From: Pirellulaceae bacterium
GTDB taxonomy: Bacteria; Planctomycetota; Planctomycetia; Pirellulales; Pirellulaceae
Length of the DNA: 64,000 bases
Assembly: GCA_026004795.1 (NCBI GenBank)
Contig: BPJV01000001.1
Location: 528,446 to 592,445 of the forward strand
Direction: 5' to 3'
A program made the translations under genes and the position numbers. The notes under the pieces were generated by a model. The model was not told where the DNA came from, did not search any database, and saw nothing but the letters and a program-made list of their open reading frames with translations. Positions 36,642-47,611 of the stretch are shown piece after piece. How positions within the stretch are numbered: the first letter of the stretch is position 1; each line of letters starts with the position of its first letter.

Positions 36642-38711
36642 CTATTCTCGCATAGGTTGTGGAGCAAGTGAACGGATCGCAGCCGCAATCTGGTCGCCGC
36701 ATACAGGCTGTTGGCAGGTGAACCGGGAACATACGTACAGGCGAGGTTCATCGTCGAGTGCTCGTCCGGCGAGCAGTGGTAGGCGATCGGCCAGGCTGGA
36801 AGCTTGTTCGGCAGTGGCGACCAAACAGAGAGTCGTCGGGAGCATGGCCGCGAGTAATTGCGTCGCAAGGCTTTCTCCCCTTTCCTCGGGAGGATTGACC
36901 AGTACGACTTCCCGGGGGGGCGCCAAGGCAACGTTGAGCGTGCTCAGCGAGTAGGCGGTGGCTTGCGGATGATTCGCCATCGCATGACCTGCGGCCTGTA
37001 GCGCGCGGTGAGCCGCATCCTCATAGCGCGTGTCACCTAAGAGCCTCCCCAGCCCTAACAAGCCTCGTGCCGCGCTGGCGTTGGAACTGGGAACACTGCT
37101 ATCGAGCAGGTCCATGTGGCGCACGATCAATTGCTCACTGTTGCTTCCGGTGAAATAGAATCCTCCCGCGGGCGCTGAGAACTGGTCGAGCATCGTGTCG
37201 GCCAACTGCACGGCCCAATCCAGGTACGCGGCGGAGGGATCGACTTGCACTACCTCGATGATGGCCTCGAGCAAGTAGGCATAATCCTCGAGAAAACCGA
37301 CAGCCGCAGGTTGGCCGTCGCGCCAGGCATGCCACAATTGCCCATGCTCGTCGACCAAGGCTTGACGCAGGAAGGCGAGCGCCTCGTGAGCTGCTCTGCG
37401 ATAGCCAGGATTCGCCGTGGCTCGATAGGCGTGCATCAGGCCACGGATCATCAACGCATTCCAGCTGGTCAGCACCTTTTCGTCGCGCCCGGGGCGGACC
37501 CGCTGTGACCGCTGTTGAAACAACAGCTGACGAGCTTCACGCAGCTGGCCGTCGAGGGTCTCGACATCCCCACCTAGGCGCTCTGCCAGGGCGCCCAGCG
37601 GCAGGGGCAGATGCAGAATACTTTTTCCCTCGAAGTTACCCGCCTCGGTTACTCCATACGCTTCGCAAAACAGGCCGCCGAGCTCCCGCCCCAAGACTTG
37701 CAAAATCTCTTCACGGGTCCAAACATAGAACTTGCCCTCCACACCTTCACTATCGGCGTCCTCGCTAGAGAAGAAACCACCCTCGGGATGACGCAAATCC
37801 CGCAGCACGTATTCGATGGTGCGGTCGAGAATGTCCTTCAGCCACGGCTCCTTCCACAGACGGTAGGCATCGGCATACACCACCGCCAACAGAGCATTGT
37901 CGTAGAGCATCTTTTCGAAGTGCGGCACCAGCCAACGCTCATCGACACTGTAACGTGCGAAACCGCCGCCGAGGTGGTCGAAAATACCACCCCGCGCCAT
38001 GTGCTCCAGCGTATGCACGATCGCTTGCCGCCGCGACGGATCGGGATGTTCCGCATCCAACTCGATCCACAACGACAAATCCAGGGCATGGGGGAACTTG
38101 GGCGCGCCGCCGAATCCTCCGTGCCGCGCATCGTAATGTTCTAAAAGCCAACGGTCGGCAGCGGCGATCCATGCGGCGGAAAGCTCTTCAGGTTGGCCAG
38201 CCATGTTGCGGACCGCTTCCTGCAAGTAGCCGCTCATCTGGACCCCTTGCTGCTCGACCTGCGCCCGTTTGTTGCGCCAGGCATCCGCGACTGCCAACAG
38301 GACTTCCTTGAACCCCGGGCGGCCCCAACGGCTTTCCGGAGGCCAATAGGTACCGGCAAAAAATGGCCGTCCTTCCGGAGTAAGAAAAACGCTCATCGGC
38401 CATCCTCCACTGCCAGTCATCATTTGGACGGCTTGCATGTAGATATGGTCGATGTCGGGGCGTTCCTCGCGGTCGACCTTGATCGACACGAAATGTTCGT
38501 TGAGCACCGCCGCAATTTCTGGGTTCTCAAAGCTCTCTCGCTCCATCACGTGACACCAGTGACAGGAGGAATAACCTACGGACAAGAAGATAGGCTTGTC
38601 CTCCTCCCGTGCCTTGGTCAACGCCTCTTCGCCCCAGGGATACCAATCGACGGGGTTGTCTTGGTGCTGCAATAAATAAGGACTAGTGGCATCGGCCAAT
38701 CGATTGGGCAT
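36642..38711 (-). CDS. YyaL/SSP411-family thioredoxin-domain protein
   Basis: [52 protein letters not shown]. Confidence 0.95.
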   Translation of the reverse strand: MPNRLADATSPYLLQHQDNPVDWYPWGEEALTKAREEDKPIFLSVGYSSCHWCHVMERESFENPEIAAVLNEHFVSIKVDREERPDIDHIYMQAVQMMTGSGGWPMSVFLTPEGRPFFAGTYWPPESRWGRPGFKEVLLAVADAWRNKRAQVEQQGVQMSGYLQEAVRNMAGQPEELSAAWIAAADRWLLEHYDARHGGFGGAPKFPHALDLSLWIELDAEHPDPSRRQAIVHTLEHMARGGIFDHLGGGFARYSVDERWLVPHFEKMLYDNALLAVVYADAYRLWKEPWLKDILDRTIEYVLRDLRHPEGGFFSSEDADSEGVEGKFYVWTREEILQVLGRELGGLFCEAYGVTEAGNFEGKSILHLPLPLGALAERLGGDVETLDGQLREARQLLFQQRSQRVRPGRDEKVLTSWNALMIRGLMHAYRATANPGYRRAAHEALAFLRQALVDEHGQLWHAWRDGQPAAVGFLEDYAYLLEAIIEVVQVDPSAAYLDWAVQLADTMLDQFSAPAGGFYFTGSNSEQLIVRHMDLLDSSVPSSNASAARGLLGLGRLLGDTRYEDAAHRALQAAGHAMANHPQATAYSLSTLNVALAPPREVVLVNPPEERGESLATQLLAAMLPTTLCLVATAEQASSLADRLPLLAGRALDDEPRLYVCSRFTCQQPVCGDQIAAAIRSLAPQPMRE

Positions 38712-38919
38712 GGTGCATGCATCTTTCGCAAACGGTGGAACACAGAATTCCTGGTCGGCAGCGCCGCTCGGGGGCAAGACGGAGCTACAATCAAGGCGAA
38801 GCTACCATGACCATAGCCGCGTTGGCACGGTGCGCCCGTATTCGTTGGCGGGTCGACCGGAGGGAATGGTTTCGTAGTCTCATCGTAGCTTTCCCACGAG
38901 AACTCTCAAGGAACCAGCC

Positions 38920-40366
38920 ATGCGATGCCTCTATTTTGCACTGCTTTCCGTACTGGGACTGCTCTGCAGCTTTCCCCTGTCGACGCAGGCCGATCCACCA
39001 ATCGCCCTTCATCCAGAGAACTCTCACTACTTCTTATGGCGCGATCGTCCCTACGGTGCTGATAACGTCAGGGGAACACTATGGCGCGGTATTGAACCTT
39101 GACTTCGATTATGGGACGTACCTGGAGGAGCTCCAGCGGCACGGGCTGAATCACACGCGGACGTTTTCCGGTGCCTACCGCGAAGTTCCATCCTCGTTCG
39201 GAATCACGGACAATCCGTTGGCCCCTAAACCGATGCGGTATGCCTGCCCGTGGGCGCGCAGTGACGAACCGGGCTACTACGATGGTGGCAACAAGTTCGA
39301 CCTGACGAAGTGGGATCCCCACTTCTTCCGCCGCCTGCACGACTTCCTCCGCCAGGCACAAGAGCGAGGCGTGGTTGTCGAGCTGAATCTGTTCTGCCCG
39401 TTTTACAAAGAGGAGCTTTGGGAAGCGTGCCCCATGAATGCCCGCAATAACGTCAACGGTGTCGGCGACTGTCCCCGGACCGAAGTGTACACGCTGAAAC
39501 ACCCCTCACTGCTGGAGGTCCAAACAGCTTTGGTGGAAAAACTGGTCACCGAACTTCGCGACTATGACAACCTCTATTACGAGGTCTGCAACGAGCCCTA
39601 TTTCGGAGGTGTTACGGTGGAATGGCAGCACCACATCGTGGACACCATCGTCGATGTAGAAACACGTCTCGGGGTCCGGCATCTGATTTCGATGAACATC
39701 GCCAACGGTCGTGCTAAGGTCGAAGCTCCTCATCCCGAGGTATCGATCTTCAATTTCCACTACTGCGTCCCTCCCGATGTGGTGGCCATGAACTACGACT
39801 TGAACCGACCAATCGGTGAGAATGAAACGGGTTTCCGTGGTCGCGCCGATGTCCTGTACCGCACCGAAGCATGGGATTTCATGCTAGCCGGCGGCGCGCT
39901 GTTCAACAATTTGGACTATTCGTTCACGCCAGCCCATCCGGACGGAAGCTTGCGCCAGTACGATTCCCCCGGCGGAGGTAGCGTCGAGTTGCGTCAGCAA
40001 CTGGGGGTTCTCAAGCGGTTCCTCGAATCGTTCGACTTCCTCAAGATGCGCCCCGATTCCACCGTGGTGCACTCCACTTCCCCCAAACTTACTTCCTACG
40101 CCCTGTCCCAACCGGGTGTTGCCTATGCAATCTACCTGCATGTACCGCTGCCCCACAAACCAGAGCGGGTGGAAGACCACCTGCAAGCCAATAGGAAGGT
40201 AACGGTGAAGCTCGATTTGCCTGCCGGAGACTATCGCCTCCAATGGATCGATCCCGTGACGGGCAGGACGCGGCAAGAGGAGAAACTTCAACATCCAGGT
40301 GGTCCGCGGGAGTTGCCATCGCCTCCGATCGACAATGACGTGGCCATAGCGATCCGACGGCTATAG
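38920..40366 (+). CDS. Secreted GH5-like TIM-barrel glycoside hydrolase with C-terminal beta domain; apparent +1 frameshift at ~39050
   Basis: Signal peptide and IALHPENSHYFLWRDRP in ORF 38920..39102 join TVLITSGEHYG in ORF 38717..40366 if one C is removed; CNEP and GENETG candidate catalytic Glu motifs. Confidence 0.65.
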
Positions 40367-40665
40367 TCTCCTTTCGCCCGCTCTACTTGCGCCGCAATCT
40401 CTCCCTTCCCTGGGGGCCGAACCAGGGAGCATTCCTGCCCCTGGCGACAGCCATCGAGATCCTGTCCACGTCGTGACGGCTGCGGGACCGGCCCGCCCGT
40501 CAGCGGACTGCCTCTCCGCCTCCGGGAACTTCCAGATGCACTGGAGGTGGCATGGTGCTAGCCTCCACACGGGGCGCTTTCGCCAACCTACATGGCTCAT
40601 GCTCCATCCGCACGACGATCATCAGCAGCCACCGCAACCGGCCGCGCCGGCGAGCCCCCCAGGCA

Positions 40666-41874
40666 TTAAGCTTGATTCGAACCCCGCTGGAGAACTGGTG
40701 AGCTATCGGCAAGCCATCTCAGGAGCCATGCGCAGGGAACGAGCATCAGCGCCGCCAGCACGTGCCGCATTACTTCCGCAATCGAGGTCGGCAGGATCTC
40801 CCCATGAAAAAGAGGCCGCCAGAAAGCCCGAAAAATCAGCAGAGCAACGCCCACCCAGACGGTTAGATCAAAGAGTTGAAACCTCTCCGCAAACGCGCGT
40901 AACATCACCGCACCGGCAAGGGCAATGGCCATTAGGATCCATCCGTACGCGGTGGCAGACTGCCAACCGATGAGCGTACCCACCGCGGTCATGGCTCCGA
41001 AAAACTGCCGCGCACCGCACGTCGATGGCCGTTCGTCCACCAGCCGGCGATCGAAGCCAGGATAAAGCACGGGAGCCAGGAGCCGGGCAATGACCAGCGT
41101 CGCAGCAGCTCCTGCTACCTGCGTGATCAGCGCATCGATGCGACCGTCGGCAGTAGCTCCCACTTTCGCCGCTCGCCAAGGAACAATCACCGACGGCGGC
41201 CATGCCAGGGTGGCTACCAACCACGGGGCGGTGCAATAGACATAAAGTTTCAACGGCACACGCTGCTTCTGAACAGCTATCAGCGCGGCGGCGATCAATC
41301 CACTGAGCAAGACCAAATAGGTAATGACGCGGAGGACGAGTGACAGCGACAACTGCACCTGCATCAATGTTGCCGCCGCAGCGATACTCCCACTGGGAAG
41401 ATTGGCTCCCCCGCTTAACACCTCACTGACATAGACCACAAAAAAGGCAACAGCAACAAACGCTTCCACCAGAGGATATTGCGGGGAGATCGGCAGGCGG
41501 CAGGTGCGGCACCGGCCGCGGAGTTTCAGCCAGCCGAAAATGGGCAGGTTATCCAGCGAATCGACGGGGGTCGCGCAATAGGGACAGCGAGAATTCCCAC
41601 CCACGCCCCGCCCACGTGGCACCCGATAAGCGACTACGTTCAGGAAACTTCCAATCGTGGCACCGACGACGAAGAACCAGAACCCCACCACGGAATCCAG
41701 GCTAGCCGACAGCATGGCCAACCCCCAGTCAATTCCATAGACTCGACTGCCCACTCCATGGATCGCGCGATACGTTTGGATGGAGAAAAAGAATCCAAAC
41801 CCCAACGTCACGAGGAATGTCCACCAGCGAAGGGGCCAGTTCGGACGACGGCGTCTACGGCGCATCTGAGGCAT
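40666..41874 (-). CDS. Prepilin peptidase A24-like protein (Cys-rich N domain intact, peptidase Asp motifs apparently lost)
   Basis: GSFLNVVAYRVP, CPYC, CRTC, YPLVE; IAVQ in place of IDxx; no GxGD. Confidence 0.75.
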   Translation of the reverse strand: MPQMRRRRRRPNWPLRWWTFLVTLGFGFFFSIQTYRAIHGVGSRVYGIDWGLAMLSASLDSVVGFWFFVVGATIGSFLNVVAYRVPRGRGVGGNSRCPYCATPVDSLDNLPIFGWLKLRGRCRTCRLPISPQYPLVEAFVAVAFFVVYVSEVLSGGANLPSGSIAAAATLMQVQLSLSLVLRVITYLVLLSGLIAAALIAVQKQRVPLKLYVYCTAPWLVATLAWPPSVIVPWRAAKVGATADGRIDALITQVAGAAATLVIARLLAPVLYPGFDRRLVDERPSTCGARQFFGAMTAVGTLIGWQSATAYGWILMAIALAGAVMLRAFAERFQLFDLTVWVGVALLIFRAFWRPLFHGEILPTSIAEVMRHVLAALMLVPCAWLLRWLADSSPVLQRGSNQA

Positions 41875-42007
41875 GATGGGACCCTATCGTGCCACAACGG
41901 TTACGGAAAACCGTCGATCGACCACTTCTCCGCTTGCCGCATCACCGCTTGCGCCGTGACCAATGGTCCCCCACGTATGCATCAGCAGCCCCTTGGTAAG
42001 ACCAGCG

Positions 42008-43666
42008 TCATGTCGCCTGTTGACCAGTGGTGATACGAGACGCCTGCGCAGCATCATGACGGCGTTTTCGGCGCTCGATCGCCGCTTCCACAAAATCCCG
42101 AAACAGTGGCTGGGCCTTGGTCGGTTTCGATTTGAACTCCGGGTGAAACTGCACCGCTACGAACCATGGATGGTCCGGCAGCTCAACGATCTCCACCAGA
42201 CCACCATCCGGACTGGTGCCAGAAAACACCATTCCGTGGGCTTCGAATTGCTGACGAAACACATTGTTAAACTCGTAGCGGTGGCGATGACGTTCATCAA
42301 TCGCCTCCGTGCCGTAAGCGCGATGCGCACGTGAGCCGGGAAGCAACCGCGCTGGTTGGCTACCCAAGCGCATCGTGCCACCCAGGTGAGTAATCTCCCG
42401 TTGTTCATCCAAGAGGCAGATCACCGGATGCGGCGTATCCTTGTCGAACTCAGTCGAATGAGCGTCTTTCAGTCCGATGACGTGGCGAGCAAACTCGATC
42501 ACGGCGCATTGCATTCCCAAGCAGATGCCGAACAACGGGATGCCTTTCTCGCGCGCGAAACGAATGGCTTGCACCTTGCCTTCGATTCCCCGTTCCCCAA
42601 ACCCTCCGGGAATCAAAATGCCATCATGACCGCTGAGCAGGCACTCGGGGCCCTCCGCTTCGATATCACTACTTTGAATACGGCTGATACGAATCTGTGC
42701 TCGATGATGGATTCCCGCATGGTCGAGCGCTTCATAGATCGATTTGTAAGCATCTTTGTGTTCTGCATACTTACCCACCACGGCGATGCTGATTTCATGC
42801 TGTGGATTCCGCAGCCGATGCAGTATATCGTTCAACGGCTCCAGGTCGGGAGCCTGCGAGGGAAGATGGAGGCGGTCGCAAATCTGTTCATCCAACCCAT
42901 TGGCTACCAGGCTCAACGGCACTTCATATATGGAAAAATCCTTGTCCCGTTCTTCAATCACCGCCTCGGGGCGTAGATTACAGAACAGGGCAATCTTATC
43001 CCGCTCTTCTCGAGACATCGGTTGCTCGGTACGGCAGATCAGGATATCCGGCTGGATGCCGATCTGCCGCAACTGGCCGACGGAGTGTTGCGTCGGCTTC
43101 GTTTTCAATTCACCCGCCGACTTCAAGTATGGAAGCAACGTGAGATGGATGTAGAGGCAATTCTCTCGGCCCACCGAAATCGGGAACTGTCGAATGGCCT
43201 CCAGGAAGGGGAGGCTTTCGATGTCACCGACCGTCCCGCCGATCTCGGTGATCACCACATCGACTCCCGAATCGGCCACCTTGCGAATGACGCTCTTGAT
43301 CTCGTCGGTTATATGAGGAATCACCTGCACCGTCTTGCCCAGAAACGCTCCCTTGCGTTCTTTTTCGATGACCTGCAAGTAAATCTGGCCCGTAGTGTAG
43401 TTCGAATCACGCGTTAGTGGACCGTTGGTAAACCGTTCGTAGTGCCCCAAGTCGAGGTCCGTCTCGCTGCCATCGTCGAGAACGTATACCTCTCCATGCT
43501 GGTAGGGACTCATCGTTCCCGGGTCGACGTTGATGTAGGGGTCCAGCTTTTGCATCCGCACCGTCAATCCACGAGCTTCCAGCAGCATGCCGATCGACGC
43601 ACTCGTCAAACCTTTGCCGATAGAGCTGACCACGCCTCCGGTGACAAAAATGTACTTGGTCATCAT
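42008..43666 (-). CDS. pyrG: CTP synthase
   Basis: [41 protein letters not shown]. Confidence 0.99.
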   Translation of the reverse strand: MMTKYIFVTGGVVSSIGKGLTSASIGMLLEARGLTVRMQKLDPYINVDPGTMSPYQHGEVYVLDDGSETDLDLGHYERFTNGPLTRDSNYTTGQIYLQVIEKERKGAFLGKTVQVIPHITDEIKSVIRKVADSGVDVVITEIGGTVGDIESLPFLEAIRQFPISVGRENCLYIHLTLLPYLKSAGELKTKPTQHSVGQLRQIGIQPDILICRTEQPMSREERDKIALFCNLRPEAVIEERDKDFSIYEVPLSLVANGLDEQICDRLHLPSQAPDLEPLNDILHRLRNPQHEISIAVVGKYAEHKDAYKSIYEALDHAGIHHRAQIRISRIQSSDIEAEGPECLLSGHDGILIPGGFGERGIEGKVQAIRFAREKGIPLFGICLGMQCAVIEFARHVIGLKDAHSTEFDKDTPHPVICLLDEQREITHLGGTMRLGSQPARLLPGSRAHRAYGTEAIDERHRHRYEFNNVFRQQFEAHGMVFSGTSPDGGLVEIVELPDHPWFVAVQFHPEFKSKPTKAQPLFRDFVEAAIERRKRRHDAAQASRITTGQQAT

Positions 43667-43871
43667 TGGTTTCCGTAGAATGAATTGCTCGCTGCGCCGC
43701 CCTTTCCCCTATTGTCTCCATCCCTTGCAAGGTGGTCCCGAGCGGCCGACTCGATCATAGCCCGACCGCTGGGGATTGACCAGGGCCGCACCATGGGCAG
43801 CAAGGCTGCTTCATGATCGCAGGTGCATGCTCCAGGAGCCCCGACGCGTGGAGATTCCACTTCCGGCAAAA

Positions 43872-43905
43872 CAAAAAACCGGCTGAGGCATGCACCTCAG
43901 CCGGT
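43872..43905 (-). terminator. Rho-independent terminator downstream of the beta-propeller gene
   Basis: 11-bp stem ACCGGCTGAGG/CCTCAGCCGGT, 6-nt loop, followed on the minus strand by TTTTTGTTTT. Confidence 0.8.
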
Positions 43906-43975
43906 CTTTCCTGCTCAGCCATCAGGGGGTGTGCGAATCTCGGTCGTCCGGTGAAAAAACTCCCCGAAAAAACGC

Positions 43976-45196
43976 CTACAGGCCTGCATCCCGATCGATC
44001 TTGATCAACATTCCTTTGCTGTTGCCGTCTTCGCCCAGCTCACCAATGGCGGTCACGTAGAGCGCCCCGTCGGCGTCGAAGACCATCGCCGTCGGCTTGT
44101 CCAAGGACAGCAGCTTCTTGGTACGCATCCCCGTCTCGCTCTCCGTGTCCTTCAGAACCTGGAACAGCCCCCCCTGGCTGGGATCGGCCCAGGCGTAATC
44201 CAGGACATACATCTGCCCCCGCTTGCTGTAGGCAACCGCACAGATATCGTGCAGCCCCGATTTCAGGTTCAACAACATGTTGCCGCTGTGGGCGTCGTAG
44301 AAGGTAATTAGACTGTCGCCGGGGATATTGATTTCGCCCATCTGACCGACGACCAGATAACCTTGAGGGCTGATCGTCACTCCAACCGGAGCATCGACCT
44401 CGGTAGCTTCCTTGGTGGCCAACCAACGTTCGTAGCCGGTTACTTTGTTTCCATCCAAGGTAGCCCGTGCTACCCATCCTTTGGTGTCATCACCATTGGA
44501 TGTTACAAAGATCGCTTCGCCATTGCTTGCCAAGGCATAGAAATTCCCCTCGCCCTTGATTTCATCTGTGGCAGCCAGTGAAAACGACGCCACCATCGCC
44601 TCCGCCTTGATCGGCTTGCCATCAGCGGGCAGCTCATAGACGCGCAGCAATTCCTCCCCGTCGGGCAGTCCGCCACCGCCGACCACCAGGGTGTTCTTGT
44701 CCAGGAAGAGCAAGCCGAGTGGGCCGATATTGACCATCGGGCCCTTTCCGTACACATCGCCAGGGAAATCAGTGATCACCGGTTCGACTTTTCCGTCGAC
44801 CACTTTCACCACGCGATGGTTGCCGGAGTCGGAGATGAAGAGAATTCCCGTCTCGGGTTGAATGGCGATGCCACATGGGTTGTTCAAATCTTCCACAACC
44901 ACCTTCGCGGTCACGCCGGGTAGCGCGTCGTGACCTAGGGCGGGCTTGGCGTTGGCATCCTCTGCCGCATCAGCTGCTTCTTCGCTGGCCGCTTCCTCTT
45001 TCTTTTCGGGAGCCGCCTCCGAGGGCTTTGCCTCCTCTTGGGGCTGCTTGGCCTCTTCTTGTGCGGGCTGCTCCTCAGCAGGCTGCGCGGCCGCCTGCTC
45101 GTTCTTCGGTTCTTCCTTCTGCTCTTCTTGCGCCCTGCTCGTACCGAGCGTCAGGACGGTCAAAATCATTGCTAGTCCAAGATGCCAACGTTTCAC
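43976..45196 (-). CDS. Exported NHL/SGL-like beta-propeller protein with acidic low-complexity linker
   Basis: Signal peptide, E/A/Q/P-rich stretch, repeated P.GIA/P.G.T/PTAM...D.DG.LYV blades. Confidence 0.65.
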   Translation of the reverse strand: MKRWHLGLAMILTVLTLGTSRAQEEQKEEPKNEQAAAQPAEEQPAQEEAKQPQEEAKPSEAAPEKKEEAASEEAADAAEDANAKPALGHDALPGVTAKVVVEDLNNPCGIAIQPETGILFISDSGNHRVVKVVDGKVEPVITDFPGDVYGKGPMVNIGPLGLLFLDKNTLVVGGGGLPDGEELLRVYELPADGKPIKAEAMVASFSLAATDEIKGEGNFYALASNGEAIFVTSNGDDTKGWVARATLDGNKVTGYERWLATKEATEVDAPVGVTISPQGYLVVGQMGEINIPGDSLITFYDAHSGNMLLNLKSGLHDICAVAYSKRGQMYVLDYAWADPSQGGLFQVLKDTESETGMRTKKLLSLDKPTAMVFDADGALYVTAIGELGEDGNSKGMLIKIDRDAGL

Positions 45197-45284
45197 AGCA
45201 ACACTCCTTTTCTATCGTAGGGTCCACAACTTACTCGTTCATTCGCATCCATAAGAGATGGCTGGGCGTGCCACCCGTCCCTTC

Positions 45285-46298
45285 CTATTGTGGCAACTCT
45301 GGTGGCTCGATGTCAGGGTACTGCTCGCTGCTTAACCCTTCTTTCAAAAAGATCACCAAATCGGCCTTTTCCTCCGCGGTAAGATTCAGTTGGAAAATCT
45401 CCTCATCAAGCCACGGATTGGGGGTCCCCCCCTTGTTGTAGTATTCGATTACGTCTTCCAGCGTTGGCAAAGAGCCATCATGCATGTAGGGAGCCGTCCG
45501 GGCGATTTCCCGCAGGCTGGGAGTTTTGAACGCCCCGCGGTCTCCTTTCAAGCCGCTAATCGCCTCCCGGCCAACGTCCGGATCCTCCTTGTCCATCCCC
45601 ACTCCCAAATTGTGGAACGCATTGTCGGTAAAGTTGAATCCGCTATGACAAGCCGAGCAGTTGGCCTTGCCAAAAAAGAGCTTCATGCCTCGCACCGCCC
45701 GTTCCGAAAGCGCATCGGTATCCCCAGCTTTGTAACGATCATAAGGTGCATCACCAGAGAGGACCGTTCGTTCAAACGAAGCGATCGCTTTGGCTAGATT
45801 GACTTCATTGACCGGTTCACCAAACACTTCTTGAAACTGGCGGGCATACCCCTCAATGGCCGCGATTTTCTTGACCGCTTCGTCGATCGGCAGGGCCATT
45901 TCAATCGGATTGGCAATCGGCCCCAAGGCTTGTTCCTCCAGAGAACTGGCGCGACCGTCCCAGAACTGGAAGCGGTGATAGGCAGCATTGATGATCGAGG
46001 GCGCACTGCGGGCACCTCGCTGCCCACCCACCCCTGCGGCAGTCGCCTCGCCGTTGGACCATCCAAGCTTGGGATCGTGGCAACTGGCGCAAGAAATCGA
46101 ATTGTCGACGGAAAGGCGAGGGTCGAAGTACAACTGCTTGCCCAACGCTACCTTCGCGGCGGTCAAAGGGTTCTCTCCAGGCACGGGCAAAGGTCTCAAT
46201 CCGGGCGGAACCTCGACCACTTTCTCCTGACCCTGAACTGCCCCTGAACCGACGGCCAGAACCAGCAATAACGACCCGATTCGTCTCCAGGTTCGCAT
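45285..46298 (-). CDS. Di-heme cytochrome c peroxidase (CCP/MauG family)
   Basis: LGKQLYFDPRLS, CASCH, QFWDGRA, CSACH, FKTPSLR, PYMHDG. Confidence 0.95.
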   Translation of the reverse strand: MRTWRRIGSLLLVLAVGSGAVQGQEKVVEVPPGLRPLPVPGENPLTAAKVALGKQLYFDPRLSVDNSISCASCHDPKLGWSNGEATAAGVGGQRGARSAPSIINAAYHRFQFWDGRASSLEEQALGPIANPIEMALPIDEAVKKIAAIEGYARQFQEVFGEPVNEVNLAKAIASFERTVLSGDAPYDRYKAGDTDALSERAVRGMKLFFGKANCSACHSGFNFTDNAFHNLGVGMDKEDPDVGREAISGLKGDRGAFKTPSLREIARTAPYMHDGSLPTLEDVIEYYNKGGTPNPWLDEEIFQLNLTAEEKADLVIFLKEGLSSEQYPDIEPPELPQ

Positions 46299-46683
46299 GG
46301 CAACTTCTCTCTCCACTATTGATTCGATGCGAATGAATGTTCAGCCGCTTGTCCAAACCGGTCATTTGATGTCCCACCCCATCCTGCGCCCCCTGCCGTA
46401 CTCGACAAGCGGGCACGGCAGCAGGCAAGCGACGTCCGAAGCGGCGGGAGAACGGTTATCGGAGGAAGGCAAGGAACGGCAGCAAGCGTGAGCATGGTTT
46501 GCGAGCGGCGGGAAGCCCCAAGGGAAGCCTCAGGGCGAGGTTAACGTCTATTGTGATGCGTCCCCGGGTTGTTTACAAGGCACCGTATCTCGTTACCTCC
46601 ACCTGTCGAATCATCCTGCAACTACCGCCAGCCATGCCCTCCCGGCGTTGGGGCAATTGCTGCTCTAAGGGGAGGGAACACCC

Positions 46684-47535
46684 CTACAATCGCTTGGGGC
46701 GTCCGCTGTCAATCACTTCATAATCCACGTCGATCACATCAGGATCCTCGGTCGGATCCGCGTACTGGCTGTCCCAGTCGTAGTAGGATCCCTGTTTGGG
46801 CCATACATGGTAATACCACATCGGTGCACGACGCATGGCGGCGGCCTGCTGCGCCCGCGCGATCTCGCGCATACGGACGTTAAGCAACTCGGCCGTACCG
46901 GCAAAGAAAACAAATGCAGCGATCAGTAGCAAGATGAAATGGCCGTAGATCAAACCCATTAGAAAAAAGATCAGGGCCATCCACCGTCCGACACGCGCGG
47001 CGATTTGAGTGGCGCGCAATTGCCCCATCCGCATGGCCAAGAAAGCTCTCAACACGCGTCCACCATCCATCGGGAAGGCAGGTAGGAGATTGAAGACCAC
47101 CAACACGATGTTCGCCGCAATTACTTGTTCGAGGAAATCGGTTCCCGCGCCCAACCCGGGCGCCGCTCGCCCCACCGCGGCGCCCAGCATCCAGGGGATC
47201 AACAGCACACCGGCGATCACGACGTTCACTGCGGGACCTGCCACGGCGATGACCAACTCATGCAACGGATTCTCCGGCAGACGGCGCAGGCGAGCCACTC
47301 CTCCGATCGGTAACAACGTGATGTCCGCCGTCGGAATGCCAAACATGGCCGCCGCGGCGGCGTGGCCGAATTCATGCAGCACGACACACACGAAAATCGC
47401 CAGAATGAAGGCGACGGCATAGAGCGCGGCCCCCAAGCCACTGCTGGTGACCGCGGAGAAAAAGTACACGGCGATCAACAACCAGAAACTCCAGTGGATA
47501 TAAACCGGTATGCCGCCGAAGGTGCCTACCCGCAT
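46684..47535 (-). CDS. Site-2 protease (M50) family metalloprotease
   Basis: HEFGH, PIGG, AGPAVN, FNLLPAFPMDGGR; start set at MRVGTF. Confidence 0.95.
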   Translation of the reverse strand: MRVGTFGGIPVYIHWSFWLLIAVYFFSAVTSSGLGAALYAVAFILAIFVCVVLHEFGHAAAAAMFGIPTADITLLPIGGVARLRRLPENPLHELVIAVAGPAVNVVIAGVLLIPWMLGAAVGRAAPGLGAGTDFLEQVIAANIVLVVFNLLPAFPMDGGRVLRAFLAMRMGQLRATQIAARVGRWMALIFFLMGLIYGHFILLLIAAFVFFAGTAELLNVRMREIARAQQAAAMRRAPMWYYHVWPKQGSYYDWDSQYADPTEDPDVIDVDYEVIDSGRPKRL

Positions 47536-47611
47536 CTTATTCAGGCCTTTCTTGCTAAGGGCGCTACCACTTTCACGCCATATCACGCCGATGAGATTTC
47601 CATAGTGAACA

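Noticed and set aside
38717-38919. ORF-track N-terminus of the glycoside hydrolase
   Set aside because: No signal peptide, it crowds the divergent YyaL start, and a better N-terminus exists in the adjacent frame at 38920.
43663-43869. 68-aa ORF whose stop overlaps the pyrG start (possible leader peptide)
   Set aside because: TTG start inside the terminator's T-tract region, no RBS, no recognisable motif.
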